A DNA stretch of 64,000 nucleotides from Auanema rhodensis (GCA_964057225.1 OZ059900.1:9300001-9364000); one strand, 5' to 3'. Shown: positions 13,701-27,384, numbered from the stretch's first letter. Made by a program: numbers and translations. The notes: generated from the letters alone by a model not told the origin.

Positions 13701-16700
13701 AGAAAAGAAATAATTTTTTTGGATGAGAAATTACAATGCAAAAGAATTTACGTTAATGGAAAGTAAAATATGCATTAGGAATTAAAACAAATGTACTTAC
13801 AATGCAAATCCTCACGAAGAAAAATATTTTCTTGATTGAATATTATAAAAAAAAATGATATAGTTAAGATAATTTATAAAAACTATTAATCTATTTTGAT
13901 AATATAAGCGCAAACGTTAGGACAAAATAAACGAAAATGCTAACTGGAGAGAGAGAGAGAGCATTAAATGGAATAAATAAGACATGCAAGATGGGGAAAT
14001 AGAAAAGTTAAAGTAGATCTTCTAATCCAGTTCTATTTTTTAATTCCTGTTCATTTCTTGCAAAATGAATTGACAAGATGACGTAAATATGCTAACTAAG
14101 TTAGGTTTATACATGAAAAATTCATTAAAAACAAAGATTCTTTTTTCTCACATTATGACAGAGCTAATTATCAGATATTTGGTTGTCAAAGCACATACGA
14201 TCTTTGAAATGATACTCTGGCCGAAAGCCAAAGTAATGTGAAATGGAAAACAAGAAATTAAGTGAAATGTCATAGAATATAATCTATATTTCAGATAATT
14301 TTAGCGTCAACGACTGTTCTATGAGTAGGCGGAAAATTTATGCGAACGAAATGAGCATGAACTGGTCAGCCACGAAACAAGATGCATAACGATGCATAAA
14401 TGTCAAAATCATGCACATAGAAAATTGGTAGGATGACAAAAAAAGATTTGTTTCATCATATTCTTATATGAATCATGTGTTTTAATAGCTATTTGTCAGT
14501 GACAATATCCCAATCATTGCTCAATTTCTAAATAAAAATGAAAAAATAAGCAAAATGAGGCTATTGCTGAATGCTACTCGAATATAACAGGAAAATTCAT
14601 ATAAACTATTGGGAATCGGATATTTTCTCAAATATATATGTATACATTGATGAATTGCTCAAATTCGTAAGCATATTCTTAGAATTTTCTTTAACAAATT
14701 TCAATTTTGTGTATTAATTAGCCTTGAAGAGGTTTAAGAAAAATGACCAGTAAATGATAACGAGATGGCAACAAGTTGGAAATATGAACTTTTTAGAAAA
14801 AATGTGACAACTAACACACAGACACACACATATATATGTATTCAACTGAATATAGCTATATATAGAAATAATATACCATTACAACTTTATTGCGTTATTC
14901 ATAAACATATAGGTTTTTTTCAAAAATAAATAGTTGAGGATTGAGAATTATCTAAGTGTCTATGCATATTCAATTATGTTGTTTCATCTTACCCCCCTGT
15001 ACTCTTGCTATCTTCACGATATGACAAATTGAGTAGGGAATTTGAAATTTGCCGATTGAGAGTAATGATCTAAAGAAGGAGAAGAAAAGAATTTCAAAGC
15101 TAATAAAGTTCCAGGAAAGAATTGCCAACTATCTTCTATGTTTTATTTCAACATATAAATAAACAAAAGTTTCTCGAATCATCTTAAATATTCAGATTAT
15201 AGGACCAAAACAATCAAGTTTAAGGTATGAACGAGAGCAATATGGATATTCATATCTTCATCTATTTATACATTTCTTAAAAAAGTAAAGACCAGATATA
15301 CCTTGTGCTATGCAAATATGTAAAAGAGAATCTCAGACATGAAAGTACGAAATCTTGATAGAATTTAAGAGTAGATATGTTAGAAGGGAATAGATGAGAA
15401 GAAAAGAAAAGCTTAAGAAATACGAAGATGAATAGTAGAAATCGTATGATAGAGAGAGAATTGAAAATATAGATGGAGAGAGACTAGTGAGAGATGTGAC
15501 GAGGCCCATGACATTAAATGGCCAATTCGAACGAGCTGGGTGGCAGAAGAATTAGAGCGCAACGCAACTCACTTAGCTCAGTACTATCTGTTGGAAATAG
15601 TAGCGTCTATAACGGAATTCAAAAAAAACAATGATGACATTTGTACAGCTTTCATGTGCGAGAAGAAGAGAGAGAATAAAAAAAATAAGAAAAAAAAAGA
15701 AAAAAAAAGAAAAAGCATAGGAAACAGGACATAAAAAAGTTGCAATAGAATGTTCTAACAAAATCGAAGACGCCTGAATTTGTGTGATTATAGCCAAAAT
15801 TCAGTTTTTCAAATAAGGATTGCTCTCTTTTGTTTATTTATCTCATTTCTTATTAACTTATTCTTCTATCTTTCTCATTTCTTTCAAAGCAACTAACTAT
15901 CTTAATTGGCAGAGGCAGGCCGATCAACTACTACATAGCACCCAGCTAAAATCCCTTCTTTGTTTCTTCTCGTACTATTTCTCTCACATTCTGGCCTTCT
16001 CGTTCTCCTTCTCTCTTTCCCCCTCTTATTCTTCAGTTCAGCGGGGACTTATCTCACTGACCCTCCTGATACTGCTATTCTCACTAGAAATTCTTCTTTC
16101 TCAATCTCTACGTCGCTGTCTTTGCTCCAAATGATTCATTCAACTGACACAAAAGCAATGCCGTCGCTATATGCTACGAATTACTGGAGCCGCCTGAACC
16201 AAAAGATATGCCGATAAGTATGTATCGCGTTCATCATGACGATAGTGCTCTGCTACTTAGTTCGAACGACATCCGGGTAAGAGTAAGCTCTGTGCGAATG
16301 ACATTGTCGTTGAACACGGCCAGCATTGCATTGAGTGACAAAAAGTGGTATCATTGAGTTTAGAATCTAGCTTAGTTTCTCTTTTAAAACTGGTCAAGCT
16401 ATAGAAAAGTGGGAATAGATAAACCATTTTTCCCTTTTTCCAGACAAACAATCTAAATTAGCGTTTTTTGTTATTTTGAGTTTAAAAAAAGACAAGAAAA
16501 AAAAATATTTAAAAAGTCAATAACTGAGAATTTTTGAATCAACCAAGATTCAAAAGACGTGATCTTTTTGGACAGCGCTTGACGATGATTTAAACCGGAA
16601 ATGAGTTCGCGAATACGTAAGTAAACGTATTAATTCTGAGTAACATAGTATGCTCTTCTGAAAGGATACATCAGTAGAAAGCACGCGGCATATCTTCAGG

Positions 16701-19700
16701 CAGTTTTGTTGTTAACTTGTAGTAGAAATCTGACACACATTAGTTATATGCTAAAGAAAAGTAGTGAGTGAATGAAATTTGAGCAAAATAAAACTAGTTA
16801 AAGCTTCAAAAGTGTTTTAAAATAAAAAAAAATATATGCAAAAACATTCAAATTAAAGAAAATTCATTGAATTCCAAAATTACTTAATGAAAAAAAGTAG
16901 CATCATTTCATTTTTCACAGATTTTATCACAAAATAAAAATATGGTAGGAGTGTTTGAGCAGACGAAAGCTAAATCTCATTCTACTTTTGAACTTTTTTT
17001 TTGAATGAAAACAAAAAGTATGATTGAAGTTAAGAAAATAGAGTGTAATATACGTAGAATATTCAAAATCATTTATCAAATAATCCGTTCGACACAATGA
17101 AGTTCTCGAGTAAAAAGAAGAAAGTACGAAAAAAAGCTTGAAAACAAAAAGTCTTTGAAACTGCCTAAATAAATTAGTAGTAGATAATAGTCGCTAATGT
17201 CTGAATATGTGTCTCACGAGAATCTTGAGTAACGCACCGGAGACAATCGGACAGCCAAATGGACAAGTGAGAATGCATCTTACCAGCTATTATATATGGT
17301 GATCTCACAATATCTCATATAATATGTACAAATTATCGCAGTTTCAGGCTCAGTTCAGAAAAAATGAAACCAGAAGACCAAAAGAGAAATGAATGTGTTT
17401 GGGGGGTAATGAAATGGTGCGAAAAGCGCCAACATAGATTATGCCGTTTGATGTGGGAGAGATAAGGCAAGTAAATTAGTTAAAAGAAAAGTATTTGCAT
17501 GAATGTGTTGTTGTCTTCGAATGTAACTAGCGATCCTTCAGGCGGCTAGCCCTAATTCCAATTCTACTTGTTGATTTCAGGCCTCATAGTTCAACTTCGG
17601 GACACTCATATGTGGCACACAGGATGACGTTTTCAACAAGCAATGCAAATGTTATCATTTTTTCTCAGGAATTCATTTTATTCTCAAATCCAATGAAGTT
17701 ATGTGTCTTCTCAACAAATAGCTGAGGTCCATAGAAAATGAATTTAGACAAATAGGGCATCACTATCTTTTTTTCTTCACTCTCAACCTGATTATATTCT
17801 CTCGTTTTTTTCTGTTCTCTAATATTTCTTTCTCATCTATTTTTTCATTTTTCTTCTGCTACACTCTCGTCTTGTCTACTCTCTTACCCATTTTCGTCTT
17901 ATTTTAACGCAGTAAACTTTCAGAAAGTATAAGATTCGGCTCTGCTCCTTATTGAACTTTTTACTCAGTTTTGCAGTGCCTCTAACCTCTCTTGGGAACA
18001 TTTGCTGTTCCATTACAGCACTTGAATATCGAATCCCTTATTCTGTTCTCCCCACTCTTTATTTTTTTGGAATTGGCTGTGCGCTTTCTTTGGACAAAGA
18101 CAATTTGAAGTGAAAAAAACGCATTAAAAGCAAATAAACAGTCAGCTTCTTAGAAGTAATAAGAAATGTGGGAATTTCAACTCTTCAATAGATACTTAAA
18201 GCTCTTTACTACTTGAGAAAGACCAACCGCATCTGTGAAACATATTAATCTTACGTGAAAAGATGTTGAAAACTTGGAGTTCTCAAGTTGAAACAGAACA
18301 AAGCCAAGTTCTCGACTGAATACTTCTCAAGTTCTTTTCAACCAAACAAAGAAAATAATTTAATGATTTTTTCACTTGTCTAAGCAGGTAATGAGCAGGA
18401 CTAGTCTTATATTAGCCAACGCGATAGGATACAAACTAATGCTCAGATACCCGATTTCAGCTAAAAACAAGCATATTGCTGGATGCGTGGTTTTTATATT
18501 ATAAACTACTGTTTTATTAGTCATTCGTCTCTTTCTTCTGATGGCTGACAAACTAGAATGTATGAGCAATGACGTGTATTCAATAATCTGAAATAGACTA
18601 TGTATGGTAATTTCTGATGTTTAATGTCTAACACAAACGAGAAGAGAAAAGGGAAATACGAAAGAAAATTTAGATAATGTACTAATCTGAAACGGAATAT
18701 CGTAAAAGTGACAATGACAAGATTTAATAAATAAACATCTGAAAACAGATTAGATGTTATTGAGGCGGAAAAACGGAAGGAAAACAGACTCGAGTGTGTA
18801 TAAGGACAAGCACTATGATTAGCTTGAGCAGCTGAATTAAATGAGATGAAATGAGAAGAACAATTCAATTTTTACTGATGTCCGAAACAATGGTGTCCAA
18901 AAAAAACTTTGCCAACTGATCACAAATCATCTGTTCTTTATAATTGTTTTCAGTTCAGATGGCAGTATGACCGGTTTCAAAGTCAGAATCAAAGACAAAG
19001 TGTTTATTCACAAATAAAAAACAAAGAAAAAATGATGTTAAACAAGGCGTCAAGAAAACTGAGAAAAACTGGACGATCAATTGAGCTTTATGTGAGATTG
19101 ACAGGGAAAATCAAGCCAATCCACAAATATTATCGAATTGGCTTGATTGAGTTCTATCATGTGCCATAGATTTTATGCAAATTCTTTTCAGATCTTATGC
19201 GCATTTTTTGAGCAGCGGTCAGCCTAATTATTTTTGTTCGTAAAATAATAAAAGTTAAAGAAATTCTAGAAACTCGTGTTAGTAGTCAAATCGTAATGTT
19301 GGTAAGCAAAACCGAAGACGAATTTCAATCATTATTCTAGAGAAATGTATATATATAAACGAGATCAGAGATGAAGAATGTGTCTAAGTTGCTGCATCCA
19401 TCATTCATCTTCGTCTTTCTCGTTTAGATTATTCTAAGTCATTCGCATAAAATAGAAGTGCCCCCAAAGAGAAAATAGTTCCTTATTTTTACTAAAAAAA
19501 TATTGGAAATATGAAAGTACAATGAATTGATAAAAGAAAAGTAAAATCGTTAATATGGATGTTTTCAGATATAACAGATAGGACAGAGCTAGAAATGAAT
19601 GTGAGGATAGAAAGAAGTGCGAGCTGAAATAAGAAAAGAAGGTAGAAAGAAAAAGTAAACAGAATAGTGCTTGCAATAAAAACATCATAAATGCGTAATT

Positions 19701-22700
19701 TAGACTTTGCGGAAGTAAGTATATTCTAAACAAAAAAAACGACTAAAATCTCATTATTTTGTCTGATCTTGTTTGGGCGCGTTTTAACTTAAGAAGAGAC
19801 ATAGCTAAAACAGCAGTTGAATTCAAATTTTTCAGTTAATGTTGAAAGGCTTAAGTGGCAGGAAACAGGCTGCACTCTCTACGCTCTAACAAGCTTTTAG
19901 TCATAGTCACAATCTTCATCGTTAAGAGATGAACAGGAGGCAAAGACAATGCTTTCATATTAAGAATATCTCGTCATCACAAGCAAAACAATGAAAACTA
20001 TACGCAGTGTTTTGTGAAAAATTGAATTAATTTTCAATTAATTCAAAAAAGAACAATATGAAAACATGAATAGAGAATTATTCTCAATTTGTAATTCAAA
20101 TAACGAGTAGCAAAAAGTTCAAATCATGCGGCATGATGATTAAAAATTGAGATTAAATTGAGCATATAAGCTGCAAGAGACATATAATTTCAGAAAAAAA
20201 CTGTAAAGTTTGAGATTACAAAGAAGAAAATCTCATTGAATTCTAGTATATTGAGTTAGTAAAGATGTCAGTATATGATTGAGATTAGACATGAATCAAG
20301 AAAATGTAACAGAAACGGAAGAAGAACGTAGTGCCAGATATGTGAGTCAAAATAAGCCAAAAAGGAAAGAAAAGAATAGAAGTGGGAAAAGAGAAACGAT
20401 ATACACACTAGCATATGTAAAAATGTCTTTGAATAGGAGGAAAACAATCAAAAATTAATTTTGTCACAACATTCGCAAACTTTTTAAAACATTTTTATAG
20501 AATAAGCAGTAAAATTAGATAACAAATACATGTATTCATGTCTGTTATCTGTTAGAAAAGGATAGTTAATACTTAGATCTCTACTTTGTCATATTTTTTT
20601 CAAGAAAAGACTGCTCAAAAAATTAAAAACAACAAAGTTTTATATGATAATCTATTTGTGAAAAATTCGGTATCAACAATCACGATTAGATGTTCCTTAT
20701 CAGCATGTTTCCAAACAAGCTGTTGAAAAAGACAAAAACTCAGACTCAATAAACAAGTCATTTAGCCTCATTACAATTGATTTCTAAAGGTTATAGTCCT
20801 GTTTCTGCATTAAGTTAAATGAACTAAACATAATATTTTTCTTAGATGTCACATAAATGAAGAAAAATTCAAATAAAATTAACAAGAAAAAGAAATTGTT
20901 TGAGAAAGAAATTAAGATATATGAAAAAAATTGTTCAAATACACAAATTCTCATACTATCTCTTCAATAGTGTCCAGTACAATATTCATTAATTTTTCAT
21001 TTCATAGTTATGAAACACAATGTTGTTTTTATAGACTGTTATGTTTGAGAGAAGAAAAGAATAATAATAATAATAGTAATATCAATTTTTATTATGACAT
21101 GACGAAATTGGAATGAAATCTATCAAGAAAATGAAAAAAAAAGTAGAAATTAAAGAAAAAATTAAAAAATATTACAAATTGAAATTGTGCATAAATCTAA
21201 TACGAATAAAATTATGATTTGAAATAAAATTTGATGAAAACGATAAAAAACGCGGATTATGATTAAAAACAACGTGAGCAAACCATATTCAGTCTGCATT
21301 TGGCGGTTTTTTCTAAAGAACAAAGGTTTGAAAAGGTATTTTAAAACCAAATCTTATGATAGTTATAAGCGTATAACATAACTACTTTACTATTATTCCA
21401 GAATTTGAAAAAAAACAACTTGGTTAAACAATTTAAATGGAGAAAAATCGTTATCATAGCTAAATTACAAGTTAAATAACAATGCTCACGATATGTCCAT
21501 AATTGTAGTTCGTAGTTTACTAATAAAAGATTCGAATTATAACAATATTGCTGAATCAATGAAGAACGTTGTTATGGTTCATGTGAAGATACAATAAAGA
21601 ATTTCTAAGTCTACTTACTATCACAGATATACCAATTGATGGACAAGGAACAAGAAAGAGAAGGAAAACGAAAATTTAGACGTTTGCCAATTAACTTAGA
21701 ATGAAACGAATTAAGTTCGGTGTGCACTTATCCATAAATAATTTGCAATTGGATTATTCGTATAAAACAAGATCAAATGAACTAAAAACAAATTCAGTTA
21801 AGCTTTGCCTAGTTAGCTTAACTTTGATTTGTATTGAATAACGGCATGACATGATCTGACACCAAATGATTTAAAGTTCAAAGCCCGAAAACGTTATGAT
21901 CTTTCTGAATTCTTTCTCAAAAAAATGTTGTATAGATGAAAAATTATGCGCGAACCCTCAAATGTGCTATGATTTCATGAAAAATAATTTATTTGACAAA
22001 AATTTATTGAAATTTATTTGATATAGTAATCAATCAGTGTAATATTTTGAAAAGCTCAAGACTTCAAAAAAATTAGAAACAATTATATGTGCCAAAAAGC
22101 TCAAAAAAACAAAGAAATATGTATATTCTAGCGTTGTGGTCACAGATTTCATATTACCAAGTGTATATGACTGAAAAGCAAAAAGTTACACGGAATGTTG
22201 TTCAACAACTTTAAGAAAACATGTGAAAGCAAAAATGTTTGTGAATCAACAATAAGAAAAAATAAAAAAAACTTTAAAAGGAAGAACAAGAACAAGAATA
22301 CTAGTCCTTCCGTTTTTTAGAAATTGATAGTGCCCAATATGAGAAAAAACTCCATGTTCTAAAAAAAAATATAATCACAGAATACTGATAACTTCAGAAT
22401 TGGAAAGAAATTCTGAAAACTTTTACGAGCCAATTCAGTTTGTAATATAAAATTGTGCGCATAGTGCCTTACATCCACTCTCTCTTTAATCATTATAGTA
22501 AAAATATATTGTTTCATAAAGAGTTATTAGCAAGTTATACGGGCTATTACATATATTTCTCCAAAAAACCACAGAATGCTTATAAAAAGTTCGAAAAAAT
22601 ATATAAAATCGAAATAATCATTAAAACAAAATTACATTACCTAATAATTCTTATAACAATTTTAATCATTCATAAATCTATATCAAATATGAATTTGCAG

Positions 22701-23605
22701 CAAAAACTAGTAAATTTCTGGTTTTCTTTTAAATTTAAATACATAGTTAGCAATTATAATATTAATAACATACAATATTAACAAAGTTATTCAAGAACCA
22801 ACATTGATGTGATAAAAGCTAAAGAAGGAAGAAATACAAAAAATAATAAAGTAAATCATATATTGTTTAAAACGCTAGAATTTATTAAAAATCAAATATC
22901 TTTGCTGCTTAGACGTCTAAAGGAGAAGAAGAATGAGGTGGAAAAACGTGGAAAATTCATTATTATATTCATTTATTTGTTGACTATGAGCAATTAATCA
23001 TCAAGATAGCTTATAAAACTTATAAAAGTACAAGAGAACGGGGAAAAATATTTTTTTTCTTTAACGTTGTATAGATTAAAAAATCTTAAAATAGATGTAA
23101 TGAGATATGATGTTCTATATAATTAATGATATGTTATGTCATTTTACATCCGCAATTGATTACAAATAATAATAACATTACAATACATTATTCTTATTTT
23201 TAAAACCTTATTCAAACTGCGTATATTACTAATGTTCGAAGTTAAACGGGAAATAATTTAACAGGGAAATGAGAAAAGCGGCCAATCCACAATGATGTGC
23301 TACACCGTTCATGCTTGATTCCTACCAAAAAACAATTAACGATTTGCACAATTACATAAGAGACCCGTGTGTTATGTGTTGCATCTATAACTCAGTTTGT
23401 TTTCATTAGTCATATTACTATATTAAATTCAAAAAGTATAAAAGCATGTTATACAATATTCAAGAATGATAAGAACGAGAAATGCAACAAACGATAAAAC
23501 ATGAAATATCTTTTTACTGATAAGCTTATATGATTGAAACTTTAATTTTCATTCAGTTTTAAGTTCACAAAACCTTTCAATCTTCATTCACGATATATAC
23601 TTGAG

Positions 23606-25115
23606 CACGGTTTAAAAAAATTACTAAAAAGCGACTAAAATCGACTAAATTTGTCTAAAATACCAAAAACAAAATGTAGACGACTAAACGACTAAAAATT
23701 TTGGCGAGAAAGCATTAGTCGACTAAAAATTATAAAAAGTCGACTAATTCGGCTGATATTAAATATTCAAATTTTTTTTTTAATTTGAAAAACCATATTT
23801 GATATAGAAAATTACCAAAAAAAAATATTAGCATTAAAATAAGCATGATAAATTAAATTTTCATAAAAAAAGGAAATTTTTTAAAATTCATTATCATCAT
23901 CTGTTCACCTACAACGTCCAAATGAGCACAGTTTTGCCATATTTCAAGAAAACTGAAAATGCTACAATGCACCAAAACTGTAAAGAAATCGTCAAAAGGA
24001 TCGACGAGCAACCAGTAAAGCCATCTAAAGAGGAAGCACAACCTTCTGAGTCAATCAAACAAGAAAGAGACTGGCTCAACGCAGACAACTCTAACAGACT
24101 TCTACTCGGAATGTACTATGGACCAGAAGTTGGTAGAATTCATAGCGGAAACCCATGTTCTGATTCCGTATTGTGGAATCTGATGCCTTTAAAAACTTGA
24201 TAAGAAGTTACAATGGTAAGTATACCTTTCCCAGCCATAAGAAGCTGGTGTCTATGCTCTTAAAAAAGAGCGAAGAGATAGACCAGGAGGTCAGATTAAT
24301 ATGCAGGAAGTACAGATTAGTATGCAAAAATGCAAAGGCTATTTCCATCACCACCGCTTTTTGGACAATTCCAAATATGAGAAAGTCGTTCACGGCTTTT
24401 ACCGGAGAATCCTTAAACGATAATTTCGAAAGTTTCTGATGGAAATGGTAGAACTAGAAGTTGAAAACGGTAAGCGTATATTGAATAAGCACATAATATA
24501 TTATATTTGAGGCACACCGCTGAATATCTGCTGCAAGTGATTTAGAGCAGATTCAACCATTTCGAGTTGAACACAAAAAAAGATAGTGTTATAGTAGCTG
24601 ATGGTGGAACTAATATAGTGAAGGCTAAAAAATCGACATCGCTCAACTAGTAAGAAAAGTTTAATTATTCTATCTAATCCTTCTATTGCATTGTCGCATT
24701 GTCCGCTCATCTATTGAACACGTTTGTTCAAGACCTGTACAAAATGAACCATCTGAGGGAAAGCGTAGAAAAAATTTCTTTGCTATCTCATACCTCCATC
24801 GCTGACACATAATGTATATATGGTTTTATGAGGAGTAAGCAAAAATCTAACAATTCAACTATAAAATTTTAGATGTTGTCAAAAGCACAACTTACCAAAC
24901 TTGCACCAGATGGAACTCTGTTTTCATAGCGATCTGTGAAGTTTGGAACGCAATTGATGCTGTCCATAAAACAGTTTTGAAGTTCAAGCTACAGCCACTA
25001 TCTGAAGAAGATGTGGAATTTCTAAGGCACATACGGGAATTATTCTTTCTCTATTTTTAGTCCACTTTGGAGCTGTGCAAGAAAAACTCAAAACTTAGCT
25101 GCTCAACACTTAGCT
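23606..25115 (+). mobile_element. Decayed hAT-superfamily DNA transposon (left end plus frameshifted transposase), truncated on the right
   Basis: hAT motifs in the correct order across shifting frames: ESDAFKNLI..YTFPS, ISITTAFWT (T-D-x-W with D>A), VADGGTNIVKA (about 24594), AHLLNTFVQD (about 24705), CTRWNS (24902). Left end at CACGGTTT is tentative. Confidence 0.85.
23621..23748. repeat. Subterminal CGACTAA repeats of the hAT element
   Basis: At least six CGACTAA copies, including a TTAGTCGACTAA palindrome, clustered just inside the putative left end. Confidence 0.7.
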
Positions 25116-25413
25116 ACACTTACGTTTTCATCTTCAAACTGTCATTTAATCCTCTGAATCTATACTTTTGGTAATTAAACTCGGCCAATTCATCAGCAGA
25201 GACAAGACTTCCTTCGCGTAAGCTTTGCTTTATTTCACTAAGCATTTATTCCATTTTATCAAACATCATACAATGAAGTTTGAGATGTTTCACTTGTAAG
25301 ATGTGAGTTAACCGGTCTTCTACTCGAGTATGAGAAGCAAACTCGGTTAACTTCTGTTCACAAAGATCTCTGATTTGTTCATCACTGAGATCGTTTTCGT
25401 TGTTCATGCTCAT
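25116..25413 (-). pseudogene. Repeat gene B, copy 1 (truncated within its intron by the array edge)
   Basis: Same sequence as copy 2; in-frame TAA at 25246-25248; last exon missing. Confidence 0.6.
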
Positions 25414-25650
25414 CTCTTTAACTGGAAATAAGTATTTAACTTTAAAAACAACAGCAATTCCAATAAAATGATCGAAAACATTAAAAAAACATATAAAATT
25501 GTTATACAGAAGAATAATTAAATCGATATAGTGTTTGAAATTCTCGCAATATCTAACTATCCCGCGTATTATTAGAGCACATAAGTGGTTATCAACAACC
25601 ATTCTTTCTTAAACTTATTTTTTAATTCTTCAAAGACTATTAACAAAGAG

Positions 25651-25674
25651 AAAAAGGTTTACGGCACCCGGGAT
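25651..25674 (-). pseudogene. 5S rRNA 3'-end remnant plus T-run, copy 1
   Basis: ttacggcacccgggat (25659-25674) is identical to 27240-27255 of the intact 5S gene and is preceded by the same agaaaaag. Confidence 0.75.
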
Positions 25675-26418
25675 GACTTACGTGAGGGATCAGATTTGTT
25701 CAATTGGTGAATATCTTATTTTTTCTTTCATAAAATTGAATATATATATAAATATATGATAAACATAAAGTTTTTATATAAAAGTCACAAAACAATTTAG
25801 AGTAACTGAAATCTTTATAAACACATGTCACTAGTAGCCCGAGCCCTTTCCTTCATATTCATCAATTTATATACAAATATATTTTTATTACATAGTTCGT
25901 CATGAATATGTAGATAAAGAGAAACATTAGAAGAAAATTATTTTGAAAAAAGTATAATATACCGTACACCACAACTCTCTATAAAACATTCTCAGGATAA
26001 TTCCCAAATTTGCCCTTTAAACTCATTTAATATGCTGTTGAGAAAATGAGCACAAAATTTAAATTTTTTTTTAAAAAGTGAATGAAAATGTTTCTTCAAG
26101 TTTACTCCAATTGTAGTTTTCGAAATAATTTCTATCATACCAGTTCGAATGATGATAATGGTATGTGAAATATATAAACGCTTTAAGCATTCATAAGATT
26201 TTTATTTTCTTAAAAATAGTACAAAATTGAAAAATTGTTAAAAGTCTTGCGGTCATCATAACCTTAAACAAGTTCTAATTCAAAAATAAAAAAAACAAAT
26301 CACAGCATATTCACAGAATACAATCAAGTTATTTGAATACAAATAACATAATTCACAAGACAAAGGCAAAAATTCATAATTTAATAGAATATAGCATACA
26401 GTTTACAACTCACTATGT

Positions 26419-26991
26419 TTAATCCTTGTTATCTATAATTTCTTTGAAATATCTTCTAGTCTCCTCATATTCTGTCATTAATGGCTTTGGAACTGTCATG
26501 TTGTTATCGAAATAAACTTCGATTTCACTGGCAAGAAATCGAAGATGCTGAGTCATAAGGGAATGAAGCTTTCGATATTCTTTGAACATGTTATTTTTAT
26601 GCTCTTGTTCTCTTCTATAGTTTTCCTCTTCAGCTAATTCAATTTTCATTAAAACTTGTTCAATTTTCCGATGCATCTTTGTTTCGTCTGTCAGTAAACC
26701 AAAATCAAAGAGCATACGATTATTCATTTCTTCGTCGTCGGAAACTGTTCCGTTGTTGTGATTTAGTGCTTTCTATTATAAACGATCAAGAGATTCATAA
26801 AGGAGATATTATCCAAACCTTGTTACTACTGTTTTCAGTGGACATCACGTTTCTTCTTCTACTCTGCCGAATATTTTGTGATTGTCTCTTTGACTCTTTT
26901 CTCACAACTTTTCCTTCATTAACAAATGATTCATCAACAAAATTCTACAACAATATAAATTGGAAATAACATAACAAAATTTACTAACCAT
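26419..26991 (-). CDS. Repeat gene A, copy 1: three-exon, 160-aa charged helical protein of unknown function
   Basis: Exons 26991-26989 (ATG), 26944-26819 and 26772-26419. GT-AG introns of 44 and 46 nt, both phase 0, remove the stops. TTTTCAG trans-splice-like acceptor 47 nt upstream. M-NFVDESF...SSNK-KALNHNNG...KEIIDNKD. Confidence 0.8.
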
Positions 26992-27225
26992 TTTGATCTT
27001 CGATGACCTACTTGGTTAAACTAAGACAATTGAAATTACTGAAAAATAAAAGAATTAAATTTTAAAAAAGTATTTAACAAGCTATATATGTAAAAAAATA
27101 ATAATTGGAAATAGAATCATTACGACATTTGGAGCATTTTTTATTTAAAATATAATTTATTCGCGCGTATCAATAGAGCGTGTATCTGATTATCAATAAC
27201 TATTTTCTTAAACTTTTTTTTTCTG

Positions 27226-27237
27226 AAAAAAGAAAAA
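27226..27237 (-). terminator. Pol III terminator (T5-C-T6) of the 5S gene; repeated in each unit
   Basis: TTTTTCTTTTTT at the 5S 3' end. Confidence 0.85.
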
Positions 27238-27355
27238 GCTTACGGCACCCGGGATTCCCAAGCCGTCTCCGATCCAAGTACTAACCGGGCCCAACGTTGC
27301 TTGACTTGCCAGATCGGACGGGATGGCGTACTTTCAACGTGGTATGGTCGTAAGC
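27237..27355 (-). rRNA. 5S rRNA, copy 1
   Basis: 119 nt, GCTTACGACCATACCACGTTGAAAGTACGCCATCCCGTCCGATCTGGCAAG...GGGAATCCCGGGTGCCGTAAGCT; closely resembles nematode 5S; ends pair to form helix I. Confidence 0.98.
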
Positions 27356-27378
27356 GAAGGCAAAGTTTTGTTGTACGC

Positions 27379-27384
27379 TTATAA
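27379..27384 (-). promoter_or_regulatory. TATA-like element at -24 to -29 of the 5S gene; repeated in each unit
   Basis: TTATAA at the position where 5S genes commonly have an upstream TATA-like motif. Confidence 0.55.

Noticed and set aside
16158-16276. Plus-strand signal-peptide-like first exon ending at GTAAGA
   Set aside because: In-frame TAA at 16215-16217 and no downstream exons identified.
25414-25602. Hydrophobic N-terminal extension of the 118-aa ORF
   Set aside because: AT-rich, overlaps the conserved non-coding block and lies upstream of a good acceptor; more likely promoter or outron.
26679-26969. 96-aa plus-strand ORF in each unit (also the 67-aa ORF at 27647-27850)
   Set aside because: Antisense shadows of spliced genes A and B; non-ATG starts.
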